Positions 1-12,920 of a stretch of DNA of 64,000 bases are shown piece after piece; the stretch's first letter is position 1, and every line of letters begins with the position of its first letter. The translations under genes were made by a program, and so were the position numbers. Origin of the DNA: Saccostrea echinata (Eukaryota); assembly GCF_033153115.1 (NCBI RefSeq), contig NW_026889796.1, positions 8,928,001 through 8,992,000 on the forward strand, given 5' to 3'. The notes under the pieces are model-generated. The model saw only the letters and a program-made list of their open reading frames with translations. It was not told the DNA's origin and did no database searches.

Positions 1-1407
1 TTGAGCTTGTCCACAGCCTCTGTGTAGACACCTTTCAGTTTGTCCATCTTCTCCTCTACAATCTGCTTGGCGGCATCAGTCAAAGGCTTTGACTGCTGAA
101 GGAGTTCACTGTGAGAATTACAGTTTAAACAAATGTATATATATGTCGACACCTCAGACTTTTAAATTCAGGTTGCGTAGAAAAGGTGTTTCATTTTCAG
201 GGTCGTTACTGTATGTATTGGAAAAAGGTATGGACAATGTGGGAAAACTGTTGACTTGATTTTTTTAAAAGAGATATTGCTTGGCGACTAGCTTTAGCGT
301 TTTCTCCTTAATTATTTTGTCTTCTCTGAGAATTCCTATTGATTAGATAAGAATTCACACTAGTTTGATATTTAAGAGAAGACCCTCCTTCCCAGCTTTC
401 TTATGTTTGTCTTATGATATATACGTTCATTTGCAATAAATGATAAAAAAAGTTGTAGACAAAAACACATACAACAAAGGTCTCCTGGTATTACATGTGT
501 TCTTGATACTCTGATAAAGATTTGCGTCGATATAATATTCAGGAGTCCCTCTTCTCTTATGCCTGGTTTATGTATTTTTTAATGAATGCAGAAAAAGAGG
601 TAAGGACATGTTACGTACGACAGAGATCTTTTTGTACCAGATGTGTCTGTTCCACCAGGATTACTGAGAGCATTCATGGTTCCCATCAACAAACCTAGAT
701 ACAGCCATATAAAAAAATCACACTTGTTTTCTGTTTATTTAAGAAATAAGGTATCATTTTAAAACATATACCGGGATATTCATATCCCGATAGATGTTTA
801 AAAATGATACCTTATCACTTATATTTACATTTGTGACTTATTTATATTTTCTATTTGCCTGATTATAATCTTTAAGGCGTGAAATCTTTTATTTTTCAAG
901 CTCAACGGCACGTGTTTGATCTATTGATTGCGCGTCGACCCTTTATGGCGTCACTGAGAAATTACGTCGAACATTTATGACGTGAGGAGTTTATACGGAT
1001 ATAGATACACATTACTTTTAATAGTGTTATATAAAAGAAAACATTTGCAAATGTAAATATATATATAGTTTATGGATTGCATGAGATTAAGTTATTGATG
1101 AGGTAACATACAGATCTGTCAATACTGAACAATTAAATGCAAAAATATTATACAAGATTCACATCGAAAGAAATAAGGAAGTCGTAATTAAAAAGAACCA
1201 ACTTTGAAGAGCTTGTGAAGCAAGCTGTGAGCCTTGTTCTTTTGCTGCAGTGAGAAGGTTCTGTCCAACAACTTTGGCCTGATCTCCAACAGCATGGACT
1301 GTGTTTGTTAGGGCGTGTCCAACATTTGTGAAGGCATTCTTTAGGTCATCGAAAAAATTGGCTTGACTTCCAGCAGCCAGACACAACAGGAGAATGGCTA
1401 CCTTCAT
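1..1407 (-). CDS. Secreted amphipathic-helical protein, paralog A (3' part runs off the window)
   Basis: Phase-consistent GT-AG exons 1407-1203, 694-619 and 108-<1 give MKVAILLLCLAAGSQA-NFFDDLKNAFTNVGHALTNTVHAVGDQAKVVGQNLLTAAKEQGSQLASQALQSLLMGTMNALSNPGGTDTSGTKRSLSELLQQSKPLTDAAKQIVEEKMDKLKGVYTEAVDKL... Signal peptide present; same exon structure as paralog B. Confidence 0.9.
746..815. repeat. Imperfect ~70-bp palindrome in an intron of paralog A, probably the end of a non-autonomous element
   Basis: ATAAGGTATCATTTTAAAACAT...CGGGATAT-TC-ATATCCCG...ATGTTTAAAAATGATACCTTAT arms are reverse complements. Confidence 0.8.
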
Positions 1408-2204
1408 GATTTCACTATATGTAAAGAAGAGACTAAAAAAAGTGATATGCAGGTGTTGAAAATCCAATTACATGTGTTTCTTTACATCACCATATAACAA
1501 GGGCAAAATAAAATCAATATGTATAACAAATATAATATATTTAAAATTTCCTTTATAGTCAGTAACAATTTTTGGCTATCAGTTTGGTTTGAACTAAACA
1601 AAGAAGACTGGCTATCTCTCGGATGTGCCACAAATGTGTAACCTCTGTCTTTAAGACAGAAAATTTTTATTCCAAATCAGACATTTTTAGTATCTGTAGT
1701 AACTTCTTTTTCGTTAAAAATGGTCTAATTATTTGTATATACGAAAACTTTAATTTGATAAAAGCTCTCTTTATCTGTTGTGTGGTGAACGTATGTTTAA
1801 TGAATACTTCATGTTTGTCGGGAGCTAGAAAAACCTTGGTGGTACCTTCCACCTGTACTTATTACATGAGGCTGAGCCGAGGAATAGTATAAGAGGTACC
1901 AAATAGAATCTTCTTTATACCTGATATGGCCTTTAAGTGTTTTAACCAACAAAGTTATATTGAAAAAAAATCAAGAAATACATAATACATTATTTTTAGC
2001 AAAGTTTCTAAGGGTATCTCAGTCGGATGAGTACCATCAGCAAAAAAGAGTTTCTCCTCACAGTTTGGCCAGTCTGGATTCAATTTCGACAAACTGGAGA
2101 CGTTGTTCAGAAAATGTATAAGACAATACGTGCCTTTTATTACAAGTTGATGTTTTTGTCAAACACAGAGCAAGAGAAAAAGTGAATGAAATATTAATAC
2201 TCAC

Positions 2205-2265
2205 ATCGGCTATTATCCAACGAACCTTACTGTTAACAAGACTAGCGCAAATCTGCTGTTATATA
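2205..2265 (-). promoter_or_regulatory. TATA box and short non-coding exon 1 of paralog A
   Basis: Minus-strand TATATAA at 2265-2259, Inr-like ACAGT about 30 nt downstream, donor GTGAGT at 2204; matching acceptor just before exon 2 (exon starts 1414). Confidence 0.6.
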
Positions 2266-2895
2266 CCGCGTGTAATAGTCATTTGAATGCTATCAGGCAA
2301 AGATAAGAATGTATGTTTCGGTGCATAAAATGGCTCCATATTACGCCATTCAAATGCCTAGCGAGAGTATTATGATGAGGATGCTTTATTTCATAAACAA
2401 TAGAAAGCAAAAACGTAGCAATAGATAAGCAATGACTGTGTTAGGCCTAATCCCAATATGTTCTACAGCTATGAATTCTTATTTGTCATGACTTTACTTT
2501 TCACTTCATCTAATCTATTTAAATTCTATTCCTTGCTTTTCTGAGAATCTTCACTGCCAACTTGCACAAAAACATCTTGCATTGAACTGTTTTGTTAAAA
2601 TTATTTAAATCATTCCAAAGTTCATTTTCATTCCTCTGTGTGTAGATCCTCTCTTGTACCGTCAGATGGATTCAAGATAAGTGACACTAAAGGGCGACCG
2701 GTCATTCATGCAAGTTCCTCTTCCTTGCATTTATCTATCTTTTGAATTCCATTTGCAAAGCTTATTTTATGTATCATTTTTATCTATATAAGATTAATTA
2801 AAGTAAAAATGTATGACGTCACGTCTTTTAATCAGATATCCACCTTTACCAAGAAAAATTGGTATTGAATTTTGTTTTGAAATTGAAACAGGTGC

Positions 2896-3315
2896 GAATG
2901 ACAAAACAAAAATTGTTCGATACTTCACATTTATTGTGATGTTCTATCATCGCACCTACAAAAATCAATGGCATCAGCATGTGAGATTCAGGGTATTATA
3001 CCCCACATCTATTCTCTTTGAACCTTTTAGTTTAATCTTATAAAAAGATTTTTTTTCTCATTTTTTAATTGCATGCAAAATTTATATGATTATCAAGAAA
3101 TATGCACCTTTGTATTCTTTTTTTATGACAAACGATTTCATGTAAATTGATCTGTAGAATATTACAAACCTCGAGTTAAATTGATGAAACTTTAAATGCA
3201 TAGATACTTTGATTACGAATGACAAAACAATAATTTTTCGATACTTCTACATTTATTGTGATATCCATCATATCATCGGCATCATCACGTGACATATAAG
3301 ACTCAGGGTATTATG
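2896..3315 (+). repeat. Local direct duplication (~100-bp block repeated ~320 bp apart)
   Basis: GAATGACAAAACAA..TTCGATACTTC.ACATTTATTGTGAT...TCAGGGTATTAT at ~2896-3000 and ~3217-3313. Confidence 0.7.
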
Positions 3316-3359
3316 ATTAGCATGTGGAACGTTTATGGCCGTTTTGATGCGTTGCGTCA

Positions 3360-3838
3360 ATAAATTATCTTGTGTTTGGATGTTTTACTAGAAAAAGACA
3401 TTGATGGCAAACTGACAACTGAACTTTATGAGAAATGTGATGATTTCAACTCTCCTCTCGGCAAGTTCTCATATTTGTGTAGCAATATACATATATCGCC
3501 TGCATATGGGTTTTTGCCAACTAATTTCAATACAACTTATTTTAGAAATAAACAGCATGAACAAATTCTAAAACGAGACAGATTACTGAAAAATGATTTG
3601 AGGGTTCGCGTTTAAAGTCTGCATTTCGCAAATTCTGTGGTTGATACAATGACTTGTTTCAAGTTGTTTGCAAAATACAATATATCGTTAGATTATATGT
3701 TGATTTAAGTCTTTCAAAAAAATATATTAGAATATTTTTTTTCCAAGTGAATTGTTTACGAATTTCTCCATTTATCCGATCGTGACAAGGGGAACACGGC
3801 TGGTCGACAGAGGATGCTAAATCCTTCATGGTACCTGT
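3360..3838 (+). mobile_element. Degenerate 3' fragment of a Penelope-like (Naiad-type) retroelement
   Basis: Encodes LDVLLEKDIDGKLTTELYEKCDDFN...YLCSNIHISPAYG, homologous to 14130-14270; also carries the family's 3' motif at ~3779-3838. Confidence 0.8.
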
Positions 3839-4454
3839 TATGAGAATTTTGTCGGACATGTATATTGGTACTGTAAAATACACTTGAATCGGTACTCTGG
3901 GTAACGCCAAATCAAATGATGAAGATGGTGAATGAATTAACATTTAGTATTTTTTAAATGGATTAAGTGAATTCCTTGGACTTAAGATGATTACATCGAA
4001 TTCTTGAAAGAAATCTTTAATAACACGTTAATAAATAAAACAGCGAAATTCTCCACAAATTACTTTGTTGTGCATGAGGTGTCCTCTATGTAAGGGAACA
4101 GTGTGTTCTCAATAAAAAAGAGTGACCATGAAGTCAAAAGCAAATAAGTCAATGTAGAAATCTTCAATTCATCGACGAATTAATTCTCTTCCATTACACT
4201 TTATTTTCTTTTGATCATACATATAATTGTTTTTAGTGATATTATCTCTACAAATCTTAAAATTGTGCGCAATACCGTTTTTTGTTCTCTATGTGTAATT
4301 CTTTACTTTTGATACAATTATGACCAAGTTGTACACATTTATAAATATTAAAAAAAACGAACAAATTGTTTTCCACCATCTTTTTATTGTTTTTATATAC
4401 GAGTTTTTAAAAAGTGTACTAGTGTACAATAAAATATTTTCTATTTGTTGCACT

Positions 4455-7400
4455 TTACTGTGGGTTAGCTGGAGCGGATCCAGTATTGGAGAGGGTTTCT
4501 TGAAGAGCCTGGGCGCCATTTGAGAGAACATTAACGATGTGTGGCTGCATGTTGGTCAGAGTTTGTTCTGAAAATAATCACTTCTTAAGTAGACTTGAAA
4601 ATCATTTTAAAATCTTAAAAATATATGCTTAGAATTAAGATTCATTTGAGCAAAGACATACGAAGGATATCTGTAACAGCATCCTTGAGGGCGCTAAGAG
4701 CATTTTGTCCATGTTGAGCGATTTGAGCTGAAGATTGAGCAATAGCATCTCCATGGGCACCAGAAGTCAAGCTGGTTTGGAAAGCACTTGCAGTTTGCTT
4801 CAGGGATTCACCAACTCCACCGACCAACTAAAAAATAAAAAAAAATGCCACAACACTCAAAGCAAGATTTTGTTCATTCAAACTATATGATGTGTTTGGT
4901 ATCAGGTAGGCTTACCTGTTGAAGAGCCTGTACATGAGGCTGGAAGAAGTTAGCAAGACCCTGTCCAACTGTGCCAAGGGCATCAGTAAAGGTGTTTCTC
5001 TTGTTTCCAGGGTGAAGAGAAAGGACATTTCCGAACAGTTGGGTCAGATCGGAGACGAGCTCAGATTGAAGTTTGTTACTGACAGCGTGATGGGCAGCTA
5101 TGTAAAGACACGTAAGTGTGTTGTTTTCTGATTATATTCTTTGATTTTAGGGAGGTATAAAAAAGAAAGAAATTTGGACTTTAACGTAGAACCTACGTCG
5201 TTTGACGTCATATCAAGTAAATGAGTTTAGACTGTCTTTTTTGATGCTAGATCCATTATGACGTCATAATTAATTTAATGTTACTTTTTCCCGTACTTTC
5301 TCCAAGACTGTCTCATGTAATGAAGTTACACAACTGTGATAATATGAATGGCATGCAACTATTTTGAAGGCAATCAGAAATCGCAAGAAATCTAAATAGT
5401 ACAATATGTTGATGAAATGTGTCTGAGTCAAAGATCTGTTAAAAATTTTGTGTAAATTTTGTAATGTCTATCATGAAATGACGTGCATTCCATTTCATAA
5501 TTATTTGTTAATTATTCAAAATGGTTGGTGTATAAAAATAATGTTTCCCTAAAACATGTAAAATATTATATTATGTAAAATATTATTTTTTTTAATTAAA
5601 AAAAATTACATTTTTTTAAATAAATATTCACATTGTAAATCTGAACGTTATGTTATTACCCCAAAACAGTCATTTAATAATTAAATCCTGTGTAAGTGCA
5701 AAAAGGTCAACAAAAGATGTATTGATAAATAGTGTCTCTCATTCGTTTGCGGCGAAAGGTATATATTTTAATCACTTTTTGTAATTATTTGGGTTTGATC
5801 TTTATCATATTAAAGATTGAAAACATTCTGACAAAGACTTTTGAAAAATATTTACAAATTTAGGTGGTAAATTGACTCAAAAAATATTGGGCACATTTGC
5901 CTACATTTGTTGAAATGTGGACTTAATCTTTTATGTCAATTGAATAAAACAGAATTTATTCTTGAATAATATTGCTTAATACGGCTCAGTTAATAAAGTC
6001 TATAAACGACGATGTTTGAAGAAGTATTTTTGTGATTTTCTATATTTTCTTTAGGACCAGTACCCCTAAATATGGATGAAAATATGTAGTCGCAGCGTAA
6101 CATTATCATTCCAAGTTGCACAGGCTGCACGACATTTAATAACAAGGAAACATACCACATATTTTTAACTGATTGATAAGCGAGTGCTAATATATCATTT
6201 TGAAAAGTTTGAAAATCTTGTGACAAAGACTTTTCCGACATAGGTTCTACCTTAAATGAACAAATACTAAAGATAATTCACTGTCTCAGTGACAACGGAT
6301 CTCGTATAATAATATAATAATACACATGTGCCTAATAATCAGGATTATATAAATTTAGCATTTGATAATACTAGCGGTATTTAGGGTCGAGGAAGGTGTG
6401 TATGGGTGTTTTTTACATCCGCATACTTACAAACAATCTGATCGACTTTCTGGATAATTTCGGAGGCGGGCATGTTTGTGAGTTGTGAGGCCAGAGCTTT
6501 AATCTGGTTCAGAGCCTCAGTGTAAACTCCATTCATGTTGTCCATCTTCTGCTGAACGATCTGCTTGGCGGCATCAGTCAGGGGTTTGGCCTGCTGCAGA
6601 AGTTCGCTGTGTAGAAATGCATAGAAACTAGAAACGACCATTACATTGCTTTCTCTTGAAAATTACAGAAAATTTATTGATTCTTAATGCTATATCTATT
6701 GAATAGGTATTTTTAAAAACTTGGGATCATTAGACCTCGTCCCTTTTCGTTCTTGTAAGGTGTTTAGATATCATCTATTTAGGAATTGGTCATTTTAACT
6801 TAAAACTTAATTTTTATAGCTTTTATTGATTTTATGAGTGTTAAATTGCCATAATACGTACGACAGAGAGCGCTTGGTACCGGAGGTGTCGGTGGTGCCA
6901 CTGCTGCTGAGAGCATTCATTGTTCCCATCAAAAGACCTTTTTTTACAAACGTAAATTTTTTTATATGTTACGATTTTGTAAATTCATTTACAGTTTATG
7001 ACTACATTGTACGATAATTTTATTTAAAAAGAAGTATAAGAGGTAGATCTAGATTGCGTAAAAATTATAGATCCCAAAAATATTCCTTTTTTTCAAATGA
7101 GATAAGTATTGAAGAGAAATAGAAAAAAGGTCACTACTCAATCATCTCAGAGTTTTCTAAATTTAAAAAAATTAAATCAGAGACACATGTTGTTCATTGG
7201 ATTTAGAAGAAAAAAAATGTTTCACAACCACAGCGCATTAAGGGATTACAGTACTGCTATATGCACTTTCATATAATGTAAGGCTGAGATCCAGTTGCTT
7301 GTATTAGGCAAAATGCATTGGAAATAAGACAAATTAAAAATTCAAGGAATTTCAGGGAATGGAAAAAAATAATTCAAAAGGATCAGTGTAGTATCAATAA

Positions 7401-7840
7401 TATGTACTTAACTGTAGAAAGTCAATATAAAACAAAAAACTGCATGTACATGTATATATGTTCGTATTCTGTGTAAGTAAAAGCATCTCACTATTAAAGC
7501 AATGAAAGTTTACTAATAATATTCGTTTGTAGAAAAATCCATCAATATTGCGAGAAACTATAGTATTATACCACAGGCATAATGAAATGATTAAATAGTC
7601 TAAAAAGACAAGAACTAATTTTAGATGCTCACTCTGAAGAGCTTGAGAGGCGAGTTGTTTTCCTTGTTCAGCAGCTGAACTGAGAAGATTCTGTCCAACA
7701 ACTTTGGCTTGATCTCCAACAGCATGGACTGTGTTTGTTAGGGCAGAACCAACGTTTGAGAAAGCATTTTTCAGATCATCTAAAAAGCTGGCTTGACTAC
7801 CGGCCGCCAAGCACAACAGTAAAACGAATGCAACTTTCAT
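4455..7840 (-). CDS. Secreted amphipathic-helical protein, paralog B (complete, 306 aa; putative Lys-Arg-processed precursor)
   Basis: Six coding exons 7840-7633, 6937-6862, 6606-6431, 5097-4916, 4827-4662, 4567-4455 (921 nt, all GT-AG, phases match, TAA stop). AATAAA on the minus strand at ~4388 and ~4205. Signal peptide MKVAFVLLLCLAAGSQA; KR at residues 91-92 and 186-187. Confidence 0.92.
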
Positions 7841-8095
7841 TATTCTGCAAAACACAAACAATTTAATTCATTAATCTCTTTTTTATGTATAACTCTAAGA
7901 CATGCCTGAATAAAATCTGAATAAAAAGCACACACAAATCAAGCGAAGCTTCTATGCAAAGCTAGATTTATCGAAGCATTTGTAAGTAAACTGCTTTTCG
8001 TATAGCGAGGGTTTGCTTGATTCCCATGGTAACAACCAAGGAGATTACTGTAAAGCCCCGCAGAAAGCAGCATCAGACGTAAACAAAAAGCTCAC

Positions 8096-8330
8096 TCTGA
8101 AGAGCTCTGGAGGCAAGTTGTGTCCTTGTTCTTTGGCAACATGGAGAAGATTCTGTCATATGAATTTAACCAGATTGCTAAGAGTATTGACTGTATTTGT
8201 TAGAGCCTGTCCAACACTTGTAAAAACATTGGAACATGTCCAACATTTGTAAAAGCATTCGTCAGATCATCAAGGTCTGCCTCCTCGGCACCAGCTGTTA
8301 ATATAACAACAGGACAAGGGCTATCTTCAT
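8096..8330 (-). pseudogene. Dead duplicate of the signal-peptide exon of the secreted-protein family
   Basis: ATG at 8330 reads MKIALVLLLY then TAA. Remnants DDLTNAFTNVGH and the ALQ|GTGAG donor at 8095 survive. Acceptor AG lost, frameshifts, and an internal ~25-bp duplication. Confidence 0.85.
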
Positions 8331-8731
8331 TGTTCCAAAGACGAAATTTTGAATGTCTTCAGAGAAATGATTTTCTAGTATACTTCCCAACAGCTTGTTT
8401 AAATGCATCTTTGTAATCGTTTCTGCTACAACTGGAAATTTGCACTATATAAACTCGTTTTGAATGTAACACTACATCTATATATGCTGTAGAGGATATT
8501 AAAGGTTTGAAACGAATCTGGCACGCTAGCAGTTTAAAGATTAAAATCAGGATTATTTGAAATTTTCATTTTATTGTTTATCTAAAAACATATTGAACAT
8601 TTTGAAAATTAAATTGAAGATTATTTTTCTTTTCTAAAACGGTTCAATTATCAGTTAATGTAAGTTTATCTAGCACCCCTTCTTGAAATTGTTGCATTAT
8701 ATCCTGAAATTTACAGGAAACTTTAACTTAC

Positions 8732-8797
8732 ATTTCTGTAATTCCTGAGATATGAAACGAATCTAAGAAAAATTCCGATGACTTCGGAGTTTATATA
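8732..8797 (-). promoter_or_regulatory. TATA box and short non-coding exon 1 upstream of paralog B and the dead exon
   Basis: Minus-strand TATATAAA at 8797-8790 and donor GTAAGT at 8731; same geometry as the paralog A promoter. Confidence 0.6.
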
Positions 8798-9294
8798 TCA
8801 AATATGTACATCTGTCAAAGTTCTCATCACGATCATACGAACCTTGGAAGAATCACTCGAGGAGCACTGATAAGGTCGTCTTCAGTTCCAAAGGTGGCGC
8901 CATTCACAACTGACCACTCAGCAGATAGGTGTTTACTTTCATGATAAAAATTTCCCGCCTGTGCCCCCTTTTGTTTTACGGTTGAACTACATGTAGTAAT
9001 GTAAAGTACTATAACAAGTAAATGTTCGCAGTGTAGCACTGTCGAATGGACTTTTTTGGCTTGTCGAAGAAATATCTTTCCGGCTGAGGGTCCCCTTCAA
9101 GTTTGTGATCATACCACTGAATCTACAGCTTCCAAATTCTCTCTCCGCCGAAGCAAATGTTGAATACATTGCAATAAAAATACTACATGTACTTTAGAAG
9201 TCTACCGTCTGAAATACAGTCACTGATATCTATTTCTTCTAGCTATTGCAGGTCTTTTTAATATGCACATGATGTACCTAACCCAAAAGTGACC

Positions 9295-9460
9295 ACGTAG
9301 AATATTGACCGGGAATCATTTTTCTACGTGGAAATTTGACCTCCTGGTCAATATTCTACGTAGGAAAATGACCCAATTTTCTGTAGAAATTATGGCCTTG
9401 GTGTCATTTTTTTTCATGTGGATTGTAGAAAAATGACCATGAAGAATAATGACCCTGTGT
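9295..9460. repeat. Cluster of direct/inverted GTAGAA(T/A)ATTGACC motifs, likely the subterminal region of a DNA transposon remnant
   Basis: ACGTAGAATATTGACC (9295) ... GGTCAATATTCTACGT (9346-9361), plus degenerate copies to ~9455. Confidence 0.55.
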
Positions 9461-11691
9461 CATTTTTTGATACAAAAAATCTTGTTAGGCAAATACATAT
9501 GGGTTAAATCACGCAGCCTTATGATATGAAGTGTTCATTTTTGAAAGCTTTAAAGTTTAAATGGCAACATTAAAAGGTTATACTATACATTACATTAATA
9601 ATACATGATGTTTTATCCCCATTAAAGGAAAACCTAACAAGCTATAATGATAATGACTTTTAGAACAAGAATACGCATATTCTTTGATTTATCACATTTA
9701 ATAAAATAAGTTTCCACAGTTGTGATTATTTTAAAAAATCAAGATCCTTTTCTTCGCTGGTGTAAGAAAAGGAAAATGTATAGCTTCCATAATTGTGATC
9801 TTTGATTTTACTCTGAGAAAATTATGTGCAATAAATAAAAATATAGTCTTCTTTTCTTCAGAAGTTATAAGAAAGTTTAACGTGTTGGAACGCTACCCAA
9901 ATTAATTTGCGAGGAAAAAAATGGAAGATTGATAAGAAAATTCGATTTCGTAAGTTTATTTGATTTTCTATGAATAAAGTCTCAGACTTCTTCTCATAAA
10001 AATATAGGGAAGATTAAATTTGTAAAAAAGAAAAATTAAACACAGAACTAAATCAATATGCCTCTGACCTTCGATATCAGGGGCACAAAAAATGATGAGC
10101 TCGAAATCTTTACCAATGTCTTTTGTCGTTTGTTAGTGTCCACAAAGTCCTTAACAAACTGAGGCTTTTTACATCAAAAAATTTGACTGATTAAAAAAAG
10201 AGAGGTGCTTTGTATACTAAGAATTGACACAAGTCTATACACGGTAGTATCGTCTTTCCCTTTTCTAGTTACATGTAAAAAAAAAAAATTACCAATAGAA
10301 AAGAACGAATGTTGTATTATGAAAAAGGCTTCTTGTCTAATTTACATAATGTTTTCCTGAGTATGATTGGCAATATTAGCACATTTGATGTTGCGTGTGC
10401 AAAAAATATAGAACTTTACAAAAGAGTATTGTAACACATTGTGTTAGAATCAAGTACCATGTGAGGTTCGTATGAGCGTATCTATTGTGGCTTGTTATAA
10501 GGGGAAGGGGTTACGGGATTGTAACCCACTTTTTTAATTTGCTAGCCTATAGGAAAAGATTCCCTTCTGACCATGTACGTCTTTCCTACAAACAAATTTG
10601 GTGTTTAAGAATATAAAAGGGTTTTTAGGATATAGGTGAAAAGAAATCATTTTTCCTTTCACCGAAAATCCTCTTATAAAGACTTTATTTACATAATGCA
10701 TATGAGCATTGTAATGCAGATTATACATGTATCTATAATGATCAAGAAAGGGGAGTATATTGCCAGTATTTCTATCACAATCGTAGGGCAGAATTAGTAT
10801 TTTGTATGCCCCCGAGATCGAAGATCGGGGAAATGTCGTTCCAGTCTCGTCTGTCTTTCTGTTCTACAATCACTCAGCAACAAACTTTAACTTTCCTTCA
10901 GAGTATTGAAGGAAAGAAGTTATTTTCGTGAATTTATAGATATGTATGAAGGCTGAAATATTATTTACTCAGATCTTAACTTTTGCCCGTTTTAGGGGCA
11001 TTATAATGTAAAACACTATACCCCCTTTCCTTAGAAGCGGGCTTATTAATATCCATGTAATAAATAAGGGTGAATCAGGTCAAAGAAACTATTTTCAGCT
11101 GTGACGTCGGAATAAATTTAGATGCCAAATGAGGCACCAACGTGAGTGACAAACCGACCATTCAGCTAAATGAGTCGCACTGCATTATTCGTTATTACAA
11201 AAAATACAACGTTTAGAAAAGGCCAGTTTTTCTAATCGCTTTCGGACAAACATATTGCCATTTTCAAGCATTATACACTTAAAACAATTTGTACATCATT
11301 ATCTACTAATTTGATGCTAACATTTACAAACAATTGTTTTACAACAGTAAAATTTGGATATTCTCCACTCCATTGTATAAGTTATTTGTGGACAATTGCC
11401 TGTATTCCCGTGCTGTACTGTCAGTGAATACAATTTTCACGTGTATTCCATCGTCCAAAGCAATCTACTCTGAGGTGTACTCACGTAATGTCATGTATAA
11501 ATGATCTTCGATGACTCGTCTAGTTTGAAATGGTCTATATATATTTTGTTTACTACGTATACTACTTTGATATATAGCTACTATGGCCGAGGTACATGTC
11601 TTGCAGCAATAAACTTATGTTTTTAAATGCATTAAATTTTTAATTTCTAGTCAACAATTACAAAGCTACGACGAATAACACCAATAGCGTC

Positions 11692-11757
11692 GCTCGCGTG
11701 GCGCAGTGGTTAGAGCGTTTGCTCTAGAGTCGCGGTGTGATGAGTTGGTTCGAATCC
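11692..11757 (+). mobile_element. tRNA-derived SINE head (3'-truncated) flanked by 8-bp direct repeats
   Basis: A box TGGCGCAGTGG (11699-11709) and B box GGTTCGAATCC (11747-11757). Nearly identical to the SINE head at ~28008-28036. CCAATAGC at 11681-11688 and 11756-11763. Confidence 0.75.
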
Positions 11758-12644
11758 AATAGCACATGGCAAATTACGAATATCAAGTTATTAAACTGGA
11801 TTCTTATTACTTGTAAAGACTTTGTGAGCGGTATTTCAACGTACCATTCAACAATGAAAATTGAATTTGTTTGTTAATGTGAGTATGGGAAATCTTAATT
11901 AGTACTTAATCTTTCTATTTTTAAGAAAAAAGTAGAAAATATTAGTCATTCGAAATCGTGTCGTAAATTTGCCTGAATCACTTGTTTGGAGTAACTAGAC
12001 CAGCACGCTTTTCTGTTCATTCATCGGAATTGGCAATTTTTCGCGGTAAACACCGTCTTGCGCAACGACAACAATATCCATATATGGTAGATTTCTCGAC
12101 CTTTGAATGAACCTAAAAGAGGGAAAAAAGATATAACTTTATTTTAAAAATGAAGTATACGTAGTATTTTCAGTAAATGATAGCATTTCCATGTGGTCGT
12201 TTCTAACGTCGTGCTTCCTCTGATTTTTTTTCTTTTGTTAAAAAGTTTTAATGCAATACTTTTATGATTCAATGCATTGGCTATACAGAAACTGATAAAA
12301 GGTGGGGGTAGGTTGAAAGCGGGCACGAATTTAAAGGTAGAAGTATGGGGTCTAAAACTTCTCCTCAAAATGGTTTGTAAAAATATTTCTACAGGTCTAT
12401 CGTTGTCAGAGACATATGTCATTTTCGGAACAAAATCTTTGAGGAATAAAAAAAAAACGAAAACAACTCAATTTTCGCGACATCTTATTTTAGCGAGAAA
12501 GTCATTGACTCTCTATTAGCGAGACAATTTTTTTAAGAATTTGGTTATTTCTCTATATAATCATAAGGAATACTATTATACGCGTGAATGAAATGTTTGC
12601 GAGCACACTGTCTCGTGTAATTAAATAAAGTTCTCGTGAATAAA

Positions 12645-12920
12645 GTGGAGGGAGAGAGAGAGGAGAGACAGGAAAGAGAGGGAGAGAGAGAGGAGGAGGA
12701 AGAGAGAGGGGAGGAATGAGAGATGGGAAGAGAGAGAAAGTGGAGAGAGAGTGAGAGGTAAGAAAGACAGAGGGGAGAAAACATTGGTAGAGAGTGAGAG
12801 GAGACAGTGTGGAGAAAGAGTAGGAAAGGAGAGTATGGGAGGGAAGAGACGAAAGGAGAGCGGGGAGAAAAAGAGGAAGGGAGGGAGTGGCGACAGGTGG
12901 GGGAGAGAGGGAGAAAGAGC
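12645..12920 (+). repeat. Long GA-rich polypurine low-complexity tract
   Basis: About 275 bp almost entirely G/A on the plus strand. Confidence 0.9.

Noticed and set aside
11692-11763. Functional tRNA gene
   Set aside because: No closing acceptor stem; matches the SINE head instead.
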